In this document: positions 43,746 to 64,000 of the stretch, one piece after another
Numbering within the stretch: the first letter of the stretch is position 1
Layout of the letters: every line of letters begins with the position of its first letter
Made by a program: the position numbers and the translations under genes
The notes under the pieces: model-generated
Database searches by the model: none
Told to the model about the DNA's origin: nothing
The model's input: the letters and a program-made list of their open reading frames with translations, nothing else
Source: the human T2T-CHM13v2.0 reference genome, Homo sapiens
Direction: 5' to 3' (one strand)
DNA length: 64,000 bases
Assembly (NCBI RefSeq): GCF_009914755.1
Contig: NC_060925.1

Positions 43746-44792
43746 TGCTGTGACAGTTCAACCTCACCATGCCTAGAAGCCTTCACCTGGGACACAGGGC
43801 CTGGGCACAAACTCCAGCCCTGGCCCTGATTAGCTGTGTGGCCTTGAGAAAGTGCTGTTGTCTCTCACTGAGATGTACTTTTGAGCTCTAGCAGCCTTTT
43901 TCTCACTATTCTGTGCATAAGAATTTCATGAGAAACGGTCAAATTGTTGTCAAAGGTCATGGCACTATCATAAAGTATTCACCCCATTTTCTAATTTAGT
44001 GGAAGCAACACAACAACAACCCTTTGTCATGGACATTGACCTCTGGGATCACCCTTCCTATGTGCTGGTCAACCATTTATTTGATTTTCTGCCCCAGAAT
44101 TTTGCCCACAATCAACATGAGGTTCAACAGCCTTCAGTTTATCCAATTCACACATTTTTTTTTAAATACAGGGTTTTGGCCTCCTCAATTCTCCATGATT
44201 CCTCAAAGCACCCTGAGACGTCAGAAGTGCTCAGCACTCCCTGCCAGGGCTTGTTGGTTCTGTCGCCCTGGTTCAGTTTTCTGTCATATCAGGAAGGAGG
44301 AAGGGGGAAGGCCTCCTCTCCTCCAGGCATGGACAGAGGGCCAGAGTTCATTCACAGCTGTGGCAGCATTGAAAGGAAACGGGGGAAATGCTTAGTTTGG
44401 GGGGAAAGGGGCTTTGTGAGACTGACACATGGCAACTGCCCAAGTCACCAGCTGAAGAAACAGCTTCCATGGCCCTGCCAGAGGGACCTCTGGTTATGCA
44501 TCATTCTCTCCAGCCCTGAGCTTCATCAAGAAAATAAGCATCAGCAATATCATCTCCAAGTGAAATGATAGCACATTATGTCACCTTTCTTTGAGTTCCT
44601 TCAACATCAAAATCAGACAAGACTGTTCCAAGGAGGGAGCAATAAACATTAACCCCATGTAACAGATAAAAGACTAAAAGAGAAATTAGGTAACTGATTT
44701 AAGTGACACAGGGAATCTGTCATAACTCTGCTGACATGGCTTCTTATCATGCCTGGAATGTAGTTATTGATTTACACCTTGTAAATTTCTCA

Positions 44793-45840
<1,048 letters not shown>

Positions 45841-46016
45841 AGGCTGGAGATCCTTACTGAGCCCTTGCTACGTTCTCAGTGCTTTGCAGAAATGAACTGT
45901 TTCCTCTCACACACCCCTGACGTAGGTGCTGGCCTCATTCCATTTTTTATAGATGAGGAAATGGAGGCACAGGAGAGAGGCTAAGTAACCTGAACTGAGG
46001 TTCACCCTCCTCCCCT

Positions 46017-46087
46017 CCAAGCCCAACCCTGCTTAGCTTCCAAGATGAGACAAGATCTGGCACGTTCAGGGTGCAATGGCCATAGAC
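46017..46087 (-). pseudogene. 5S rRNA retropseudogene, 3'-truncated (5S nt 1-71), inserted in a MIR
   Basis: Reverse complement GTCTATGGCCATTGCACCCTGAACGTGCCAGATCTTGTCTCATCTTGGAAGCTAAGCAGGGTTGGGCTTGG has 10 mismatches to human 5S, 5 of them CpG decay. Confidence 0.93.
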
Positions 46088-46159
46088 AGGTCACCCCTCT
46101 TCTAAAGGGCAGAGCTGGGGTTTGAACTCAGGCAGTCTGACTCCATGGTTCAGGCTCTG

Positions 46160-47330
46160 AATGGTAATGTTCTGCTGCTTCTGTAAATAAATGAGGATAA
46201 GAAAGGAATAATTGGAAATGATTTCTCCCCCAAACTGTGAAACTGCATTGCAAACAGTGGTCTCAGCTACTAAGGAGTAACAAACAGCTCTTTCATCTCC
46301 TGAAAGAACTGCGTGCAAAGGAAGGAGTGAGGAGAGAAGGGACATCCAGAGCCTGAAGAACCTGTAACTTGAGTGCACAGCCTCTAAGTAATCCCAAGTG
46401 GACCGTGTGAACCTGCAGTCAGTGTCTGTGGCCACGAGGCAGAACACACAAACACCAGGCCCCAAGATTTCTCACCAAGATCGTGTCATGAGACAGGACC
46501 TCGCTGCCCAGCCCCCGCCTCCCAATAACAGGATTACGAGGCTGAGTGCGGTTACTGCTGGCACAGCGAGCCACAGATGTAGCCAGGACTGGGCGCCAAT
46601 CGACGGATTCCCAATATTGTCTTCCAGTTGCTAGACTACGCTGCTTTCCAGTACATTATTTGGAATATAAAAACTAAAATGTAAGTAAAGCATTTTCATA
46701 CAAATAATTTCAACCGCAACAAGGCAATTGGCTTCTGATTAAGTTGGCAAGAAGAGGTAATGAACTCATTCCGATTGACATATTTGGAGATTCTCTTGCC
46801 AAATCCAATTGGCAGCTTCATAATTATGGAAACGTCCATGTTATTTCCACTCAACCAGGGTTAGGGCTGCTGGTATCTGATTCAATGTTTACTTCATGAA
46901 TGAGGTCAGTTCCCAGCACAGCTGGGGTTTCGGCAAAGGAGTCAGCAAACAGCATTCCCACTAGAATCTGACTGGCGTTTGTCACAACTTCCAGGGCAAC
47001 CTTCCCCCAGCTCCCCCAGGTCAGCTGCTCTCCCTAGCATTGTCTGTGGTCCGGCTCCTCTCCCTGTAGAAGCAGACTCAGCCTCGACATGATGAGGTCA
47101 CATGCAAGCTTCCCCTGGCACAGTGGTTCATTCTTCAACCTGCCCCCTTGGTATTGCAACACCTCGCTCCTGGACAACCCCCGCGCACCATGAGCTTCAC
47201 GCTGCCAGGAAATGGGGTAGGGTTTTAAGAATTATTTATCCCAGGATGGTTCCACGTGTGTGGTATGAGAGTGACTCAGAGTGCCATGGAAGCCATCTCC
47301 AAAGGTAATGACTTCCCATAGGTCAGAGTG
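46160..47330. promoter_or_regulatory. Long repeat-free enhancer-like block
   Basis: NFI half-sites TTGGCA/TGCCAA, several CCAAT/ATTGG, TGAGGTCA x2, AP-1 TGACTCA ~47272, CpG patch ~46490-46640. Confidence 0.35.
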
Positions 47331-48314
47331 TCCTTTCAGCCAGCTCCCCACACTGATGAAAACAAAAACAAAAGTCGCAAGTACTCAGAGCACTCATGAA
47401 GAACACACATTCATGGAGTGACCATCTGTGAGTTCACAGAGTTCCTGGGGAGACTCAGGGCAGAAGGGAAGGGCGGCACCCCACAACAATGCCAGGGGTC
47501 TAGCTCCCAGTGGCTCGAAGCTGCAAAGGGCTGGAGTGTCACTGACCTGTTTGTTGAAGTCCTGAGCTATTGCCATAGGATAGCGGCATCAAGAAAGTGC
47601 ACAGTCAGAGTCTGAAGCAGCTATCTCTGCCCTGGCAGCAATTTCCCTACGTGAGCACAGTAAGCTAGGAGGAGGCTAAGCATGATTTGGTTTGGATCTC
47701 AAAATAATCGTGGGCATCATATGATGTGATGACTTTTGCCTAAGAAAATCTGAAAAGAGCCATGGAGAAAAAGAATCTGGAGTGGGAGATGGTTTAGGCA
47801 TTGGAGGCAAAGGCAGATTCAAGAAGAAACTTCCTCTGCCCCAGTGTTGACAACCAGACTGATGGCCACGCCCCACGCTTTCCCAATAGGAGAACAATGA
47901 GACTGAAGGCAGTTGATGTGAACACAAGAATCAACAACGTAGAGGAGACACAGTCCCAGGTGTAAAGAGGGGAGCTGTCTCTCCCTGTGGCCTCAACAGG
48001 AGGAGAGGGTTGTCAGTCTAGGATGAAGACTCACTGTCTCGTCCTAAGGGTCAGTCCACCTGCCATAGGAGATTTCGGAACACCTCTCCTCACTTGAGGG
48101 TCGACATGCTGTAGGGTCCATGGGGCCCACTGGACAGTCACAGTCCCAGCTCACTTCTCCCACTGGCTTTCCTCAGGAGCTCACACTACCTGTCTCAGCC
48201 CCAAGATGTTCCTTCTGTCTGCTCCTGTTCCTGACTCAAACATGTGTTGTTTGCCGTCAATTCTGTACCCCGTTTTATCAACATTGTCATTGTTACATCA
48301 TCTTATAATGTTTA

Positions 48315-49050
<736 letters not shown>

Positions 49051-50236
49051 GGCACTAAACCAAGCTCTTTTCTTCCCCCTCCCTGGCCTCATGACCTTTG
49101 CTGTCTACCCACTTGGCACAGCTGCACTGGCCGCCCTGCTGATGCCCATCCACACCAGAGACACACCCACCTCAGGATCTTGGCACATGCCCTTCCCTCC
49201 AGCAGGAACACTCTTGAGGCCATCCCCACAGCTCCCTCCCTTCCTTTCAGGCTTGACTGACATATGCCCCCTCCCCAGGCACTTGCATGCATGTTCTTCC
49301 ACACGTGATTCCCCCAGCTTCTATCCCCATCTGAAATAGCACATTACTTGTTCCTTATCTGCCTCCCCCTCTGGAGTGCCAGCTCTGCCTGGCAGGGATT
49401 TTTGACTCTCGCCTACTGCCACAGCCTGGTGCCAGCACAGTGCCAGGCATGTCCACCCTGCAGCATTTACTGAGTGCCCACTGCACACCAGGCACTAGTC
49501 TTGGATGCTTTTGCAAATGTTTCTCCAGTGATGGAGGAACTAAACTTCTTTAAACTCAAAGGAATCGTTGTGTCTTCTGATTCCTCCGAGAGCTTTGAGG
49601 AGCTGGGCCGATGCAATGTCACTTTGCTGTCTCCCTCCACCCCGCTGCCCTTCTGACTTCATATATCAGCTTTCCCAACAGATGTGGGAAAGTGGGGTCA
49701 TTCCCAGGAAAGGCAGAGCCTTCCATGACTTAGGAACCCAGGTGTTTGCTCCACTGGGGCCAATTGCTCCTGGCTTTTTCTGAGCTCCTAGGAGGAAATG
49801 CATCTGAAATGCCGTCACCCTCCCCTGATCATTAACAGAGCTCTTGAACTGGCGGAGTTGTCAGCGAGGCAACCACAGGCAGGCAGGCAGCCATCGCACC
49901 GGCTTTGCAGAGAGGGCTGGAGAGCTGATGCCCATGCCACGGGAAAGGGCCGGCGCCTGAGCCAAGAGCCTGACTGGAAAGTGTGTGTAAGGGACACCTG
50001 GAGGAAGCAGGGGCCTCCGGCGCCTCCTCCACCGACTGGAACCCGTGGTGCTCACCCGCTCGCCCTGGGGGCTCACTACCCTCCCTGCCCAGAGATACAG
50101 TGGGGCTGGCGGCTCACCAGGCTTTGTGATCCCAATGCTCACGAGTGTTCTCCCAACAAATTGGAACTTCTTTTCTTTCGTCTCATTTGAAAAAGTCTTT
50201 TGTGAGCTGGCAAGTGACCCCAAAGTAACCTCTCTA

Positions 50237-52165
<1,929 letters not shown>

Positions 52166-52799
52166 TCAGAGGGTCCTCCCCTTCCTCTCCCTCCTTCTCC
52201 TCCCTCTCTGTTCTTCACCTCATCCCCCCACCTCCTTCTCCCCTTACCCCTCCTCTTTCCTTCACCATGGGCACAGCCCGTCTTGGAGGAGCAGAAATCG
52301 CTCTGAATGACACTGGCTGGGACAGAAGTGCCCTGGGGTCAGGCCTGAAGCAGTCGGGCCCGAACAAGGCAGCAGTTGTACACAGGAGCTTTTCAAGGAG
52401 GTTTTGCAGATACAAGGACGTTGGACAGAGAGGAACAGAGAAATTCCAGAGATTTTTCACGTGCAAGCGGATATTTCCTTTGAGAGTTTCTAGACTAAAT
52501 AATACTCCTTGTGTCTGAGGGGACGGTGTATACTGCTGACCTGGCAATGTTCTCTGCCTGCAGGATGAGCACAGGCAGGCCCCGCGCCTGCCCGGAGGGA
52601 GCTGTAAGCAGAGGAAGGTGAAGTGGCCTGAAGAAATGTCTGTACTGGAGACAGTCGGGGCTGTGTGCCTCTGCCTGACGCAACATCATTTCAGACGTGG
52701 AGGAAGGATCTGTTGGCAGATCTTGGGACTCAAATGGGCTGGACTTCTAAGAAAAAATATACCCAGGCCTCTCTATTCCACCAATTTTCATTCTTTCAT

Positions 52800-53330
52800 A
52801 CATACATATTTATTTATTTAAACAGACTTTATATTTTAGGCAGTTTTAGTTCACAGCAAATTTGAGCAGAAAATGCAGAGGTCCCATAGACTTCCTTACC
52901 CAACATACCCACGGCCTCCCGCTCTGTCAACACCCTGCAGCTGATTCATCTGACAGTCGATGAAACGATTCACACATCATTATCACCCAAAGTCCATCAT
53001 CTACATTACAGACTCTTGGTGTCGTACATTCTGTGCGATTTGACAAATGTACAATGACGTGTACCTGCCATTGCTGTGTCATACAGAGTAATTTCAGCGC
53101 CTGATAATCCTCCATGCTCCGCCTGCTAACCTCTTCCTCCCCCAACCCCTGGTCCCCAAGGCTTTGCTTTTTCCAGAGTGTCACATAGTTGGAATCGTAC
53201 GGAACATAGCCTTTTCAGAGCGGCTTCTTTCACTTAATAATACGCATTTACCTTTCCTCCATGTTTGTTCACGGCTTGATAGCTCATTTCCACTGAATAA
53301 TATTCCATGGTCTGGATGTAGCCATTTTCA
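52800..53330 (-). mobile_element. L1 3'-end fragment (L1MC/MB-like)
   Basis: GCAGTTTTAGTTCACAGCAAATTTGAGCAGAAA..ATCACCCAAAGTCCAT..CATAGTTGGAATC..AATAATATTCCATGGTCTGGATGTA. Confidence 0.8.
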
Positions 53331-53569
53331 TATATTTTTAAGAAGACAGACTGTTTCATGGGGCGACATGATTTGTTAATAACTAGTATTATAATTAAAC
53401 TTACAATAAAAGAAATACGTGGCTTAAATAAAACAACCGTATATCAACCCTATCAATACTGAGGCTATGATTATCCTTCTGGTTGCAGTAAGTAAACTGA
53501 AGCACAGAGCAACCCTGATTTACCCACAGCAGATGGTCAGTGATGTGAGGGCCATAGGAAGAACAGAAG

Positions 53570-56778
<3,209 letters not shown>

Positions 56779-59059
56779 TCACCCCCTCAAGTGAGCAACA
56801 CCCCAGCTTCCAGGAAGTCTCCAAGGAATGCTTCAGCCCCTCACAGGAGAAAAATTCGCTTGAAATATTTACACAGCCAAAGGAAATGATGGTGGGGGCT
56901 GACAGGGGTACCGCCCCTCCTCCCACTTCACCCTGCAGGAGTCCAGGCAGCCCAGGGAGTGGGAGGGAGGCCGGCAGACAGGAAGGCTACTGGCTGGGAA
57001 GAATTTTAACTTCAAGGGGTCCCTGTCACAAACAGAGCACTGTGGACTTGAAGTGACCGGAGGATTTTTCTTATCCAAGAGCTGCTGGAAGGTCACATGG
57101 CTGTGAGAGATTTCATCTTAGGACTGGGGGCAAACCAGCCCCCACCCCACCCAGCAATGTTAGTGTTGAATATTCCCTGGAGAATAAAGAAGAGGTTTCC
57201 TTCTGCTGTAGCCACAAACCTGCTGTGTCACACGCCAGTTTCACAAACATGGCGTGTGATCCCCACGGGGTGGGGGGAACAGTTGTATTTTTAGATGAAA
57301 CCTGAGTATTTCTCTGGTCTCTTCTCCCAAACGCTAACCTCCTTGGAAATCTGTGCATGTTCTAGAGCAAAATACTACTTGGAATTTAGATCTTCAGTTT
57401 ATTAAATAAGAAGTAGCTTCAAGGAGCATAGAATTACATGGTTCCTTTTAAAATGTGCACATAAAGCAACTCTTTTCCCCTGTCATTTTCCATCCTGCAG
57501 GCATCCTGCTGGAACTGGGAAGATTGGCTCAGACTGAGTTCCAAACTACGTATCGGCTGGTGAGAGATGAACTGGGTCTTTGCACCAGACAATCTTGTTG
57601 AAAATCACCAGACCAAAAGTAGCTGATGCTTATCTGTCTCTGTCGAATTCCCAGGAATCCTGCGGGTGGCGGGGGCGGGAGGGGGGGTCTGAGCCCACGT
57701 GGGAAGCCTTGTTAGCCTGTGCCTGGGGGCGTCAGAAGAGGGAGATTGGGCAATTTCTGCTTCTTCACTCCCGCCACCCTCATCTCGCTTGGGGCTCACT
57801 CTTTCCAAGTTCTCTTGGTCCCTTTGCCAAGGCAGGGGAGACCCAGCCAGGATATTTATAGTGTTGGTACATGACTGGGCAGCTAGTGGGAGCAGATGTT
57901 TTCTGATATGGGCAAAGGGAGCTATTTCTACTGGGAGCTGGATGAAAGTTAGCCAGAAAGGAAGCCGCAGCCATAACTGATGTTCCTGTCCTCTCAACAC
58001 TGGAGAAGGTACCCCACATCCTTACATGAGTGTGTTCCCCGTCCTCACTGCCTTAACAGCTCAATCCAGCAGATGTGGACTGTGCCAGGCGCTGGGTGGA
58101 CACTGAGATAAATAAGACAAGGCCCACCTCTTATGATGGTGCAGGAAAACCACTTGTGATGACCCACTCCATCCCTGCAGGCCGAGACCCCATGGGAGCC
58201 CAGTAACAGCCGCATGGTGGCGGCTGTTGGGCCTGGGGACAGTGGTGGGGTGGCAAGAGGGAAGGAGAGGTCAAGATGAGCCACACGGCCAGTGATGGCT
58301 CACTTGGCTTTGACGGATGGGTGGGGGAGGTCCAGGTGAAAAGAGCAGAGGGAACAGAGGCTTTGCTGCCTACCTGATGCATTCTGGGAACATCAAGACG
58401 CATTAGATGGGGCCAGAAGGCAGGGGGTTTCCTGAGGGTGTCGGAGGAGGAGGCTGAACAGGTGAGCTGGGGCCAGGCTGCAAAGGATCACCTTCCACAC
58501 TCAGGAATGTGGACTTTGGTAGACTTCACCTTTAGGCAGGAGGAGCTGGTAAAGGTTTCTAGGGAGGAAAGGGATTCTTATTCTAGGAAGCAACGAGAAC
58601 TGTGGATCTGTGAGCAGGTTTCTCCCTGTGTCCCCATGCCCTGCGGCACCATACCTGACACGGTCATTGCTCCGTAAGTGCTTGTTGAAGGAGCAGACCC
58701 ACATGTGGCATCTCTGTCTCCAGACTGTCCATGAGATGAGACGGTCACTAAGATCACTAAGTGTGGCAGGCCTTCCTCAGGGCCCCGACCTCAAAACAGG
58801 TCCAGGCAGATTCCTGCATGCCTGACGGCAGCCGTAGACATCATCTCCTTCCAGAGGGGTTCAAGCGCACCCAGACCCTGGAGCAGGTCCAAGCCTCCCC
58901 AAGGCTTCTTCTCCTGGCTGCCACCTGCCCTGGAGCCCAGCCCTTGCCCTGTCCCTGCTCTGATCCTGTCTGAGCCTGTGCCTGTAGCTTCATCTCCATG
59001 CCAGCCTCAACCCAAACTGGGTGTCACCTCTTTCCTTCTATTTGAAAATTATGTGTATT

Positions 59060-59749
<690 letters not shown>

Positions 59750-60346
59750 GCAAGTAATAGTAACAATGACAACAAAAGACGTCTCTGTGCATCACAGCCT
59801 TTGCTGAAGGTCTGAGGAGACAGAGGGTATTTACAAACACAAATAACTTAAAATGGAATATTCACCTTGTCCTGTTCTTAAATCTCCTCAAGCCATTTCT
59901 GTCAACTGGATTCTGGCCCCACCCACGGGCTGCCTATATTCCTTCTTTCTTCTCTCTCTTCCCAAATGCCTGTTCTCCCATTATGCAGAACTGAAGGTTT
60001 TGTTTTTGGTTTTTTGGTCTCTTTTTCACCTACCCATGAGGACCTCTCCTGTCACCACTCAGCCGGGTATTTTCCTAAACAAAGACATTTTGTTCCCCAA
60101 TAAGAACCTGGTTCCACAGGTAAGAAGGTCATTTCTCTCACCCCACAGCATTCTGGAGCAGTGTGGTGTTGTGTGTACCCAGGCCTGTACGCAGCGTCTT
60201 AGGGGCCAAGAAAACTAAGTCCTATCATTGGGGCCCATGAATTTCATCACTCGCTAAGCTGGGTGATTACAACTATATATATGCACAAAGGCAAAGAAAG
60301 AGACCCATCTGTGCAGGCTGAAGCCTAGGGGACGGGAAAGAAGCTA

Positions 60347-60760
<414 letters not shown>

Positions 60761-61125
60761 CTAAGCTTCAGGGATGGGGAGGATGGGAGAGTACAATGAC
60801 AATATCAGGAAGATGGAAAGAGAAGCAGAAAATAAATGGAGTTTGAATGCATTGAGAGGAGGAGACAGAGTCGGAGAGCCTCCCATGCAGGGTTGTGATT
60901 GTCTGTGAGCTCTGAACAAGCAGAGCCCAGCACAGCCAAGGACAGCACAGTGGAAGGAGCGCTGGACAGGTGGGTCAGGGCTGTACTTGGCAGACAGCAG
61001 TGTTTCCACCAGCACAGCCCTCCGACCTTGGCCCTGAGTTGCTGTCGAGTTCTTGGTGGACCTTGTCTTTCTACAGGGATCAGGAACTTGCTGGAAAGCC
61101 CTGGTGTACTTGTGACCCTTAGGTA

Positions 61126-61526
61126 TGTTCAATTAAGTGTAGCCTAACTCTGCCTCCTTGCATATTCTAAGTTCACCCTAAGGGTTTCTCTGTGCATAGT
61201 AAACTGTCACCTCACTGAATATGTAAACAGACTGCAACCTACTCTAGTGCCAATCACCAAGTTTTGGCCAATGAAAGGCAGTCAACTGTTCAAACCTGGT
61301 TCAAATAAGGTGAACACCCAGCTGTAACCAATCCGACTCTTTCTGTATCTAATTCTGTTTTCTGTACATCACTTTCCTTTTTATGTCCATAAATCTTCCT
61401 CCACCACATGGCTACGCTGGAGTCTCTCTGAGCCTACTCTGGTCTAGGGGCTGCCCGATTCGCAAACCGTTCTTTGCTTAATTAACCTCTATTAAATATA
61501 ATTTGTCTAAGGTTTTTCTTTTAACA
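61126..61526 (+). mobile_element. ERV1 solo LTR (MER57-like)
   Basis: TG..CA termini; three CCAAT boxes; GTTCAAATAAGG; GCTGCCCGATTCGC; 4-bp flanks GGTA/GGTG. Confidence 0.85.
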
Positions 61527-61707
61527 GGTGTTTGGTTCAAATTCTCTGTTTCTTCTTGGCATGCTTCGAAGGCTTTCCAGGTAATCCAGATTATTCTTCC
61601 CACTAACTTGGTATGTTCTTTGTCATATAGCCATTTGGCTTGGTCAGGGGTTAGTGGAGGAAGCTGGGAGGCAGAAAGCTGGATGCTGCTGGGCTAGAGG
61701 GAGCAGC

Positions 61708-62040
61708 CACGTGCACGTGTGCATGCACACACACATGCAAACACACACGCGTACATATGTGCACATATGCACACACATACACGTGCACACACATGCACAA
61801 GTGTGCACACATGCACGTATGCACATCCATGCACACCTACATACATATATGTGCACACACATGCACACACGTACGTACACATGTGTGCGTATACACACAT
61901 ACGCATGCGCACATGCATGCACCTATGTGCACATACACACATGCACGTGCACACATGCGCACAAGTGCACACATAGGCACACACACATACATACACATAT
62001 GTGCACATATGCACACACATGCACACACACACACATACAT
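61708..62040. repeat. Alternating purine-pyrimidine (CA/TG/CG/TA) low-complexity tract
   Basis: Directly visible. Confidence 0.95.
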
Positions 62041-63149
62041 TCTCAAAAGAGTCACAGAGCAGTTTGGTGGCACCAGAGAGATGCACTAGAACAAGCACAC
62101 AGAGACGTGGAAAGGTTACTATTCACATGAACTTTCGAAAAAGCAATGCCAAGTGCCGCCAGAGGTGGACACAGCCCAGAGATGGAGGAGGGAGAGTGCG
62201 TGGGAGAGAGGTCCCAGGTCTGCAGGGCACGCCAGGCCTGAGGACACGTTCACAGATGTGCAGTGAGATGAGAAGGAACAGGACAGAGGTAGCAGGACTA
62301 AATGTAGTCCATCCAGTTAAAGGCCATCTGGTCGTCATCTATTCTGAGATTAAGTAATCCCATGGGAAGAGCTAAGCTCTCCTTGCTTTTATAAAATGAG
62401 CAGCGCAGCTTACAGAGAGGGCTCCAGGAGGAAGGACTAGGATGAGGAATGAGTTATTCTGCCTTCAACTCCGTCTCCTCCCCACAGCCCTCCCCCACTC
62501 CCACCGCCAAATGAAATCTCTGTTGTAAAAATGTCAAAGGACAAAAACTTGCTTAAACCATGCCAAAGGGCATGGTGTGCACAGAGGCCAGTGCCATTCG
62601 GGGCAGTGGTGGCCAAAACATGGATCCCCAGAGGACAAAGGGGCCAAGCTGAGCCTTAGAGACCCTCAAGGATGCAAGCGCTGCTTTTGAGGTCCAGGGA
62701 CCCAGGCTGTTCCAGGAGTGGCCCGGGAACTCCTGCAACCAAAACACCTAGATTATGAGGCCTCCCGGGCTGCCCTGCCCGACGTCCATAGCTTCCTGGA
62801 GCGCATGGGTGGGAGGGCACAGTAGGGCCAGCCCCCTGTCCCTGGTGGCATCATCTACAGGGAGAGGTGCAGTGAGACCGGTCACCTTCAGGAAATTTAC
62901 AAAAGACGCAGGCGCAAGAGCCAACAAAGGAGACTGCCTATGCGTGTGGACGCCCACACCTCCAGGCAGACACTAGGAGAAGGGCAACCCTGATTTGCAT
63001 CCGTGTGACTTTAACACACATGAGCGCACATGTGCACTCACACCACACACTCAAACATGTGCACACACGTTCATAGGCACGTATATTTTGTGACATAACC
63101 CCCTACCCCTTAGTCACCCGGTCAGGGAATCAAGCTCCCTACCTTTCTG

Positions 63150-63573
<424 letters not shown>

Positions 63574-64000
63574 TCAACCCACAGGGTTCCTGGGCTGGGC
63601 TCCCTCAAAAAATGCTCTGAGCAGCTTTCACTCATGACCCCCATGCACAGCGAGAGCTAGGGCCATGGAAATTCCGTGCCTGGACCAACCTCGTCTCGTG
63701 CAGCGTGGAAGAGGCGCGTAGCCCAGTGCTTGGGTTGGGAACCTCGTCATCGTCTCCTTCACGGTGATGAACAGCTACTGAGAAAGAAAAAAATGTCTTC
63801 ACGCAGTTTCTTGGAATAGTAGCTGCACCCGCGATTAATAGAGTCTGTTTCGGTAGAAGTTTTTTAGAGAAAGGAAAACTGTCACCAGCTCCATTTTGTC
63901 AGGTTCATTTCTGAGGAATCTCTTGACCACCGCGGCTTCCAAGTGGGATCGATGTTGGACTTGCAAAAGGGGAAAATTATTTTTGACTCATAAACTGGAA

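Noticed and set aside
43999-44568. 189-aa ORF
   Set aside because: GTG start, partly over an ancient LINE remnant, no recognisable homology.
61644-62130. His/Thr or Cys/Val-rich ORFs
   Set aside because: Translation of the alternating purine-pyrimidine tract.

Overview
Primate (very likely human) intergenic or lncRNA DNA. I see no convincing protein-coding exon: the long ORFs come from Alus, low-complexity repeats or chance. About 50 Alu/FLAM/FAM elements are mixed with MaLR LTRs (MLT1, MST, THE1), a MER57-type ERV1 solo LTR, DNA-transposon fossils (MER63, MER2, MER1B, MER53, MER5) and L1, L2, MIR and CR1/L3 remnants. Landmarks: (1) a ~1.66 kb C/A-rich tandem array built from ACCACA-initiated 5-8 bp units (17956-19618); (2) an orphan CpG-rich promoter with NRF1, CRE, GC-box and CCAAT motifs (~37060-37500); (3) a tailless 3'-truncated 5S rRNA retropseudogene (46017-46087, minus strand); (4) several repeat-free enhancer-like blocks. 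The most unusual signal is three short non-tandem local duplications of different ages (174 bp at ~85%, 274 bp at ~89%, 59 bp at ~95%, donors 2-4 kb away). Two have fold-back palindromes at a junction and one splits a MER2, which suggests repeated local templated-insertion repair. There is also an inverted Alu pair with a 10-nt spacer and a probable Alu-Alu gene conversion. From memory and unverified, the promoter plus 5S arrangement resembles human 1p36.22 between SPSB1 and SLC25A33 (LINC02606/RNA5SP40). I found no evidence of a new gene system. Repeat boundaries and subfamily names were read by eye and are approximate; identities were hand-counted.
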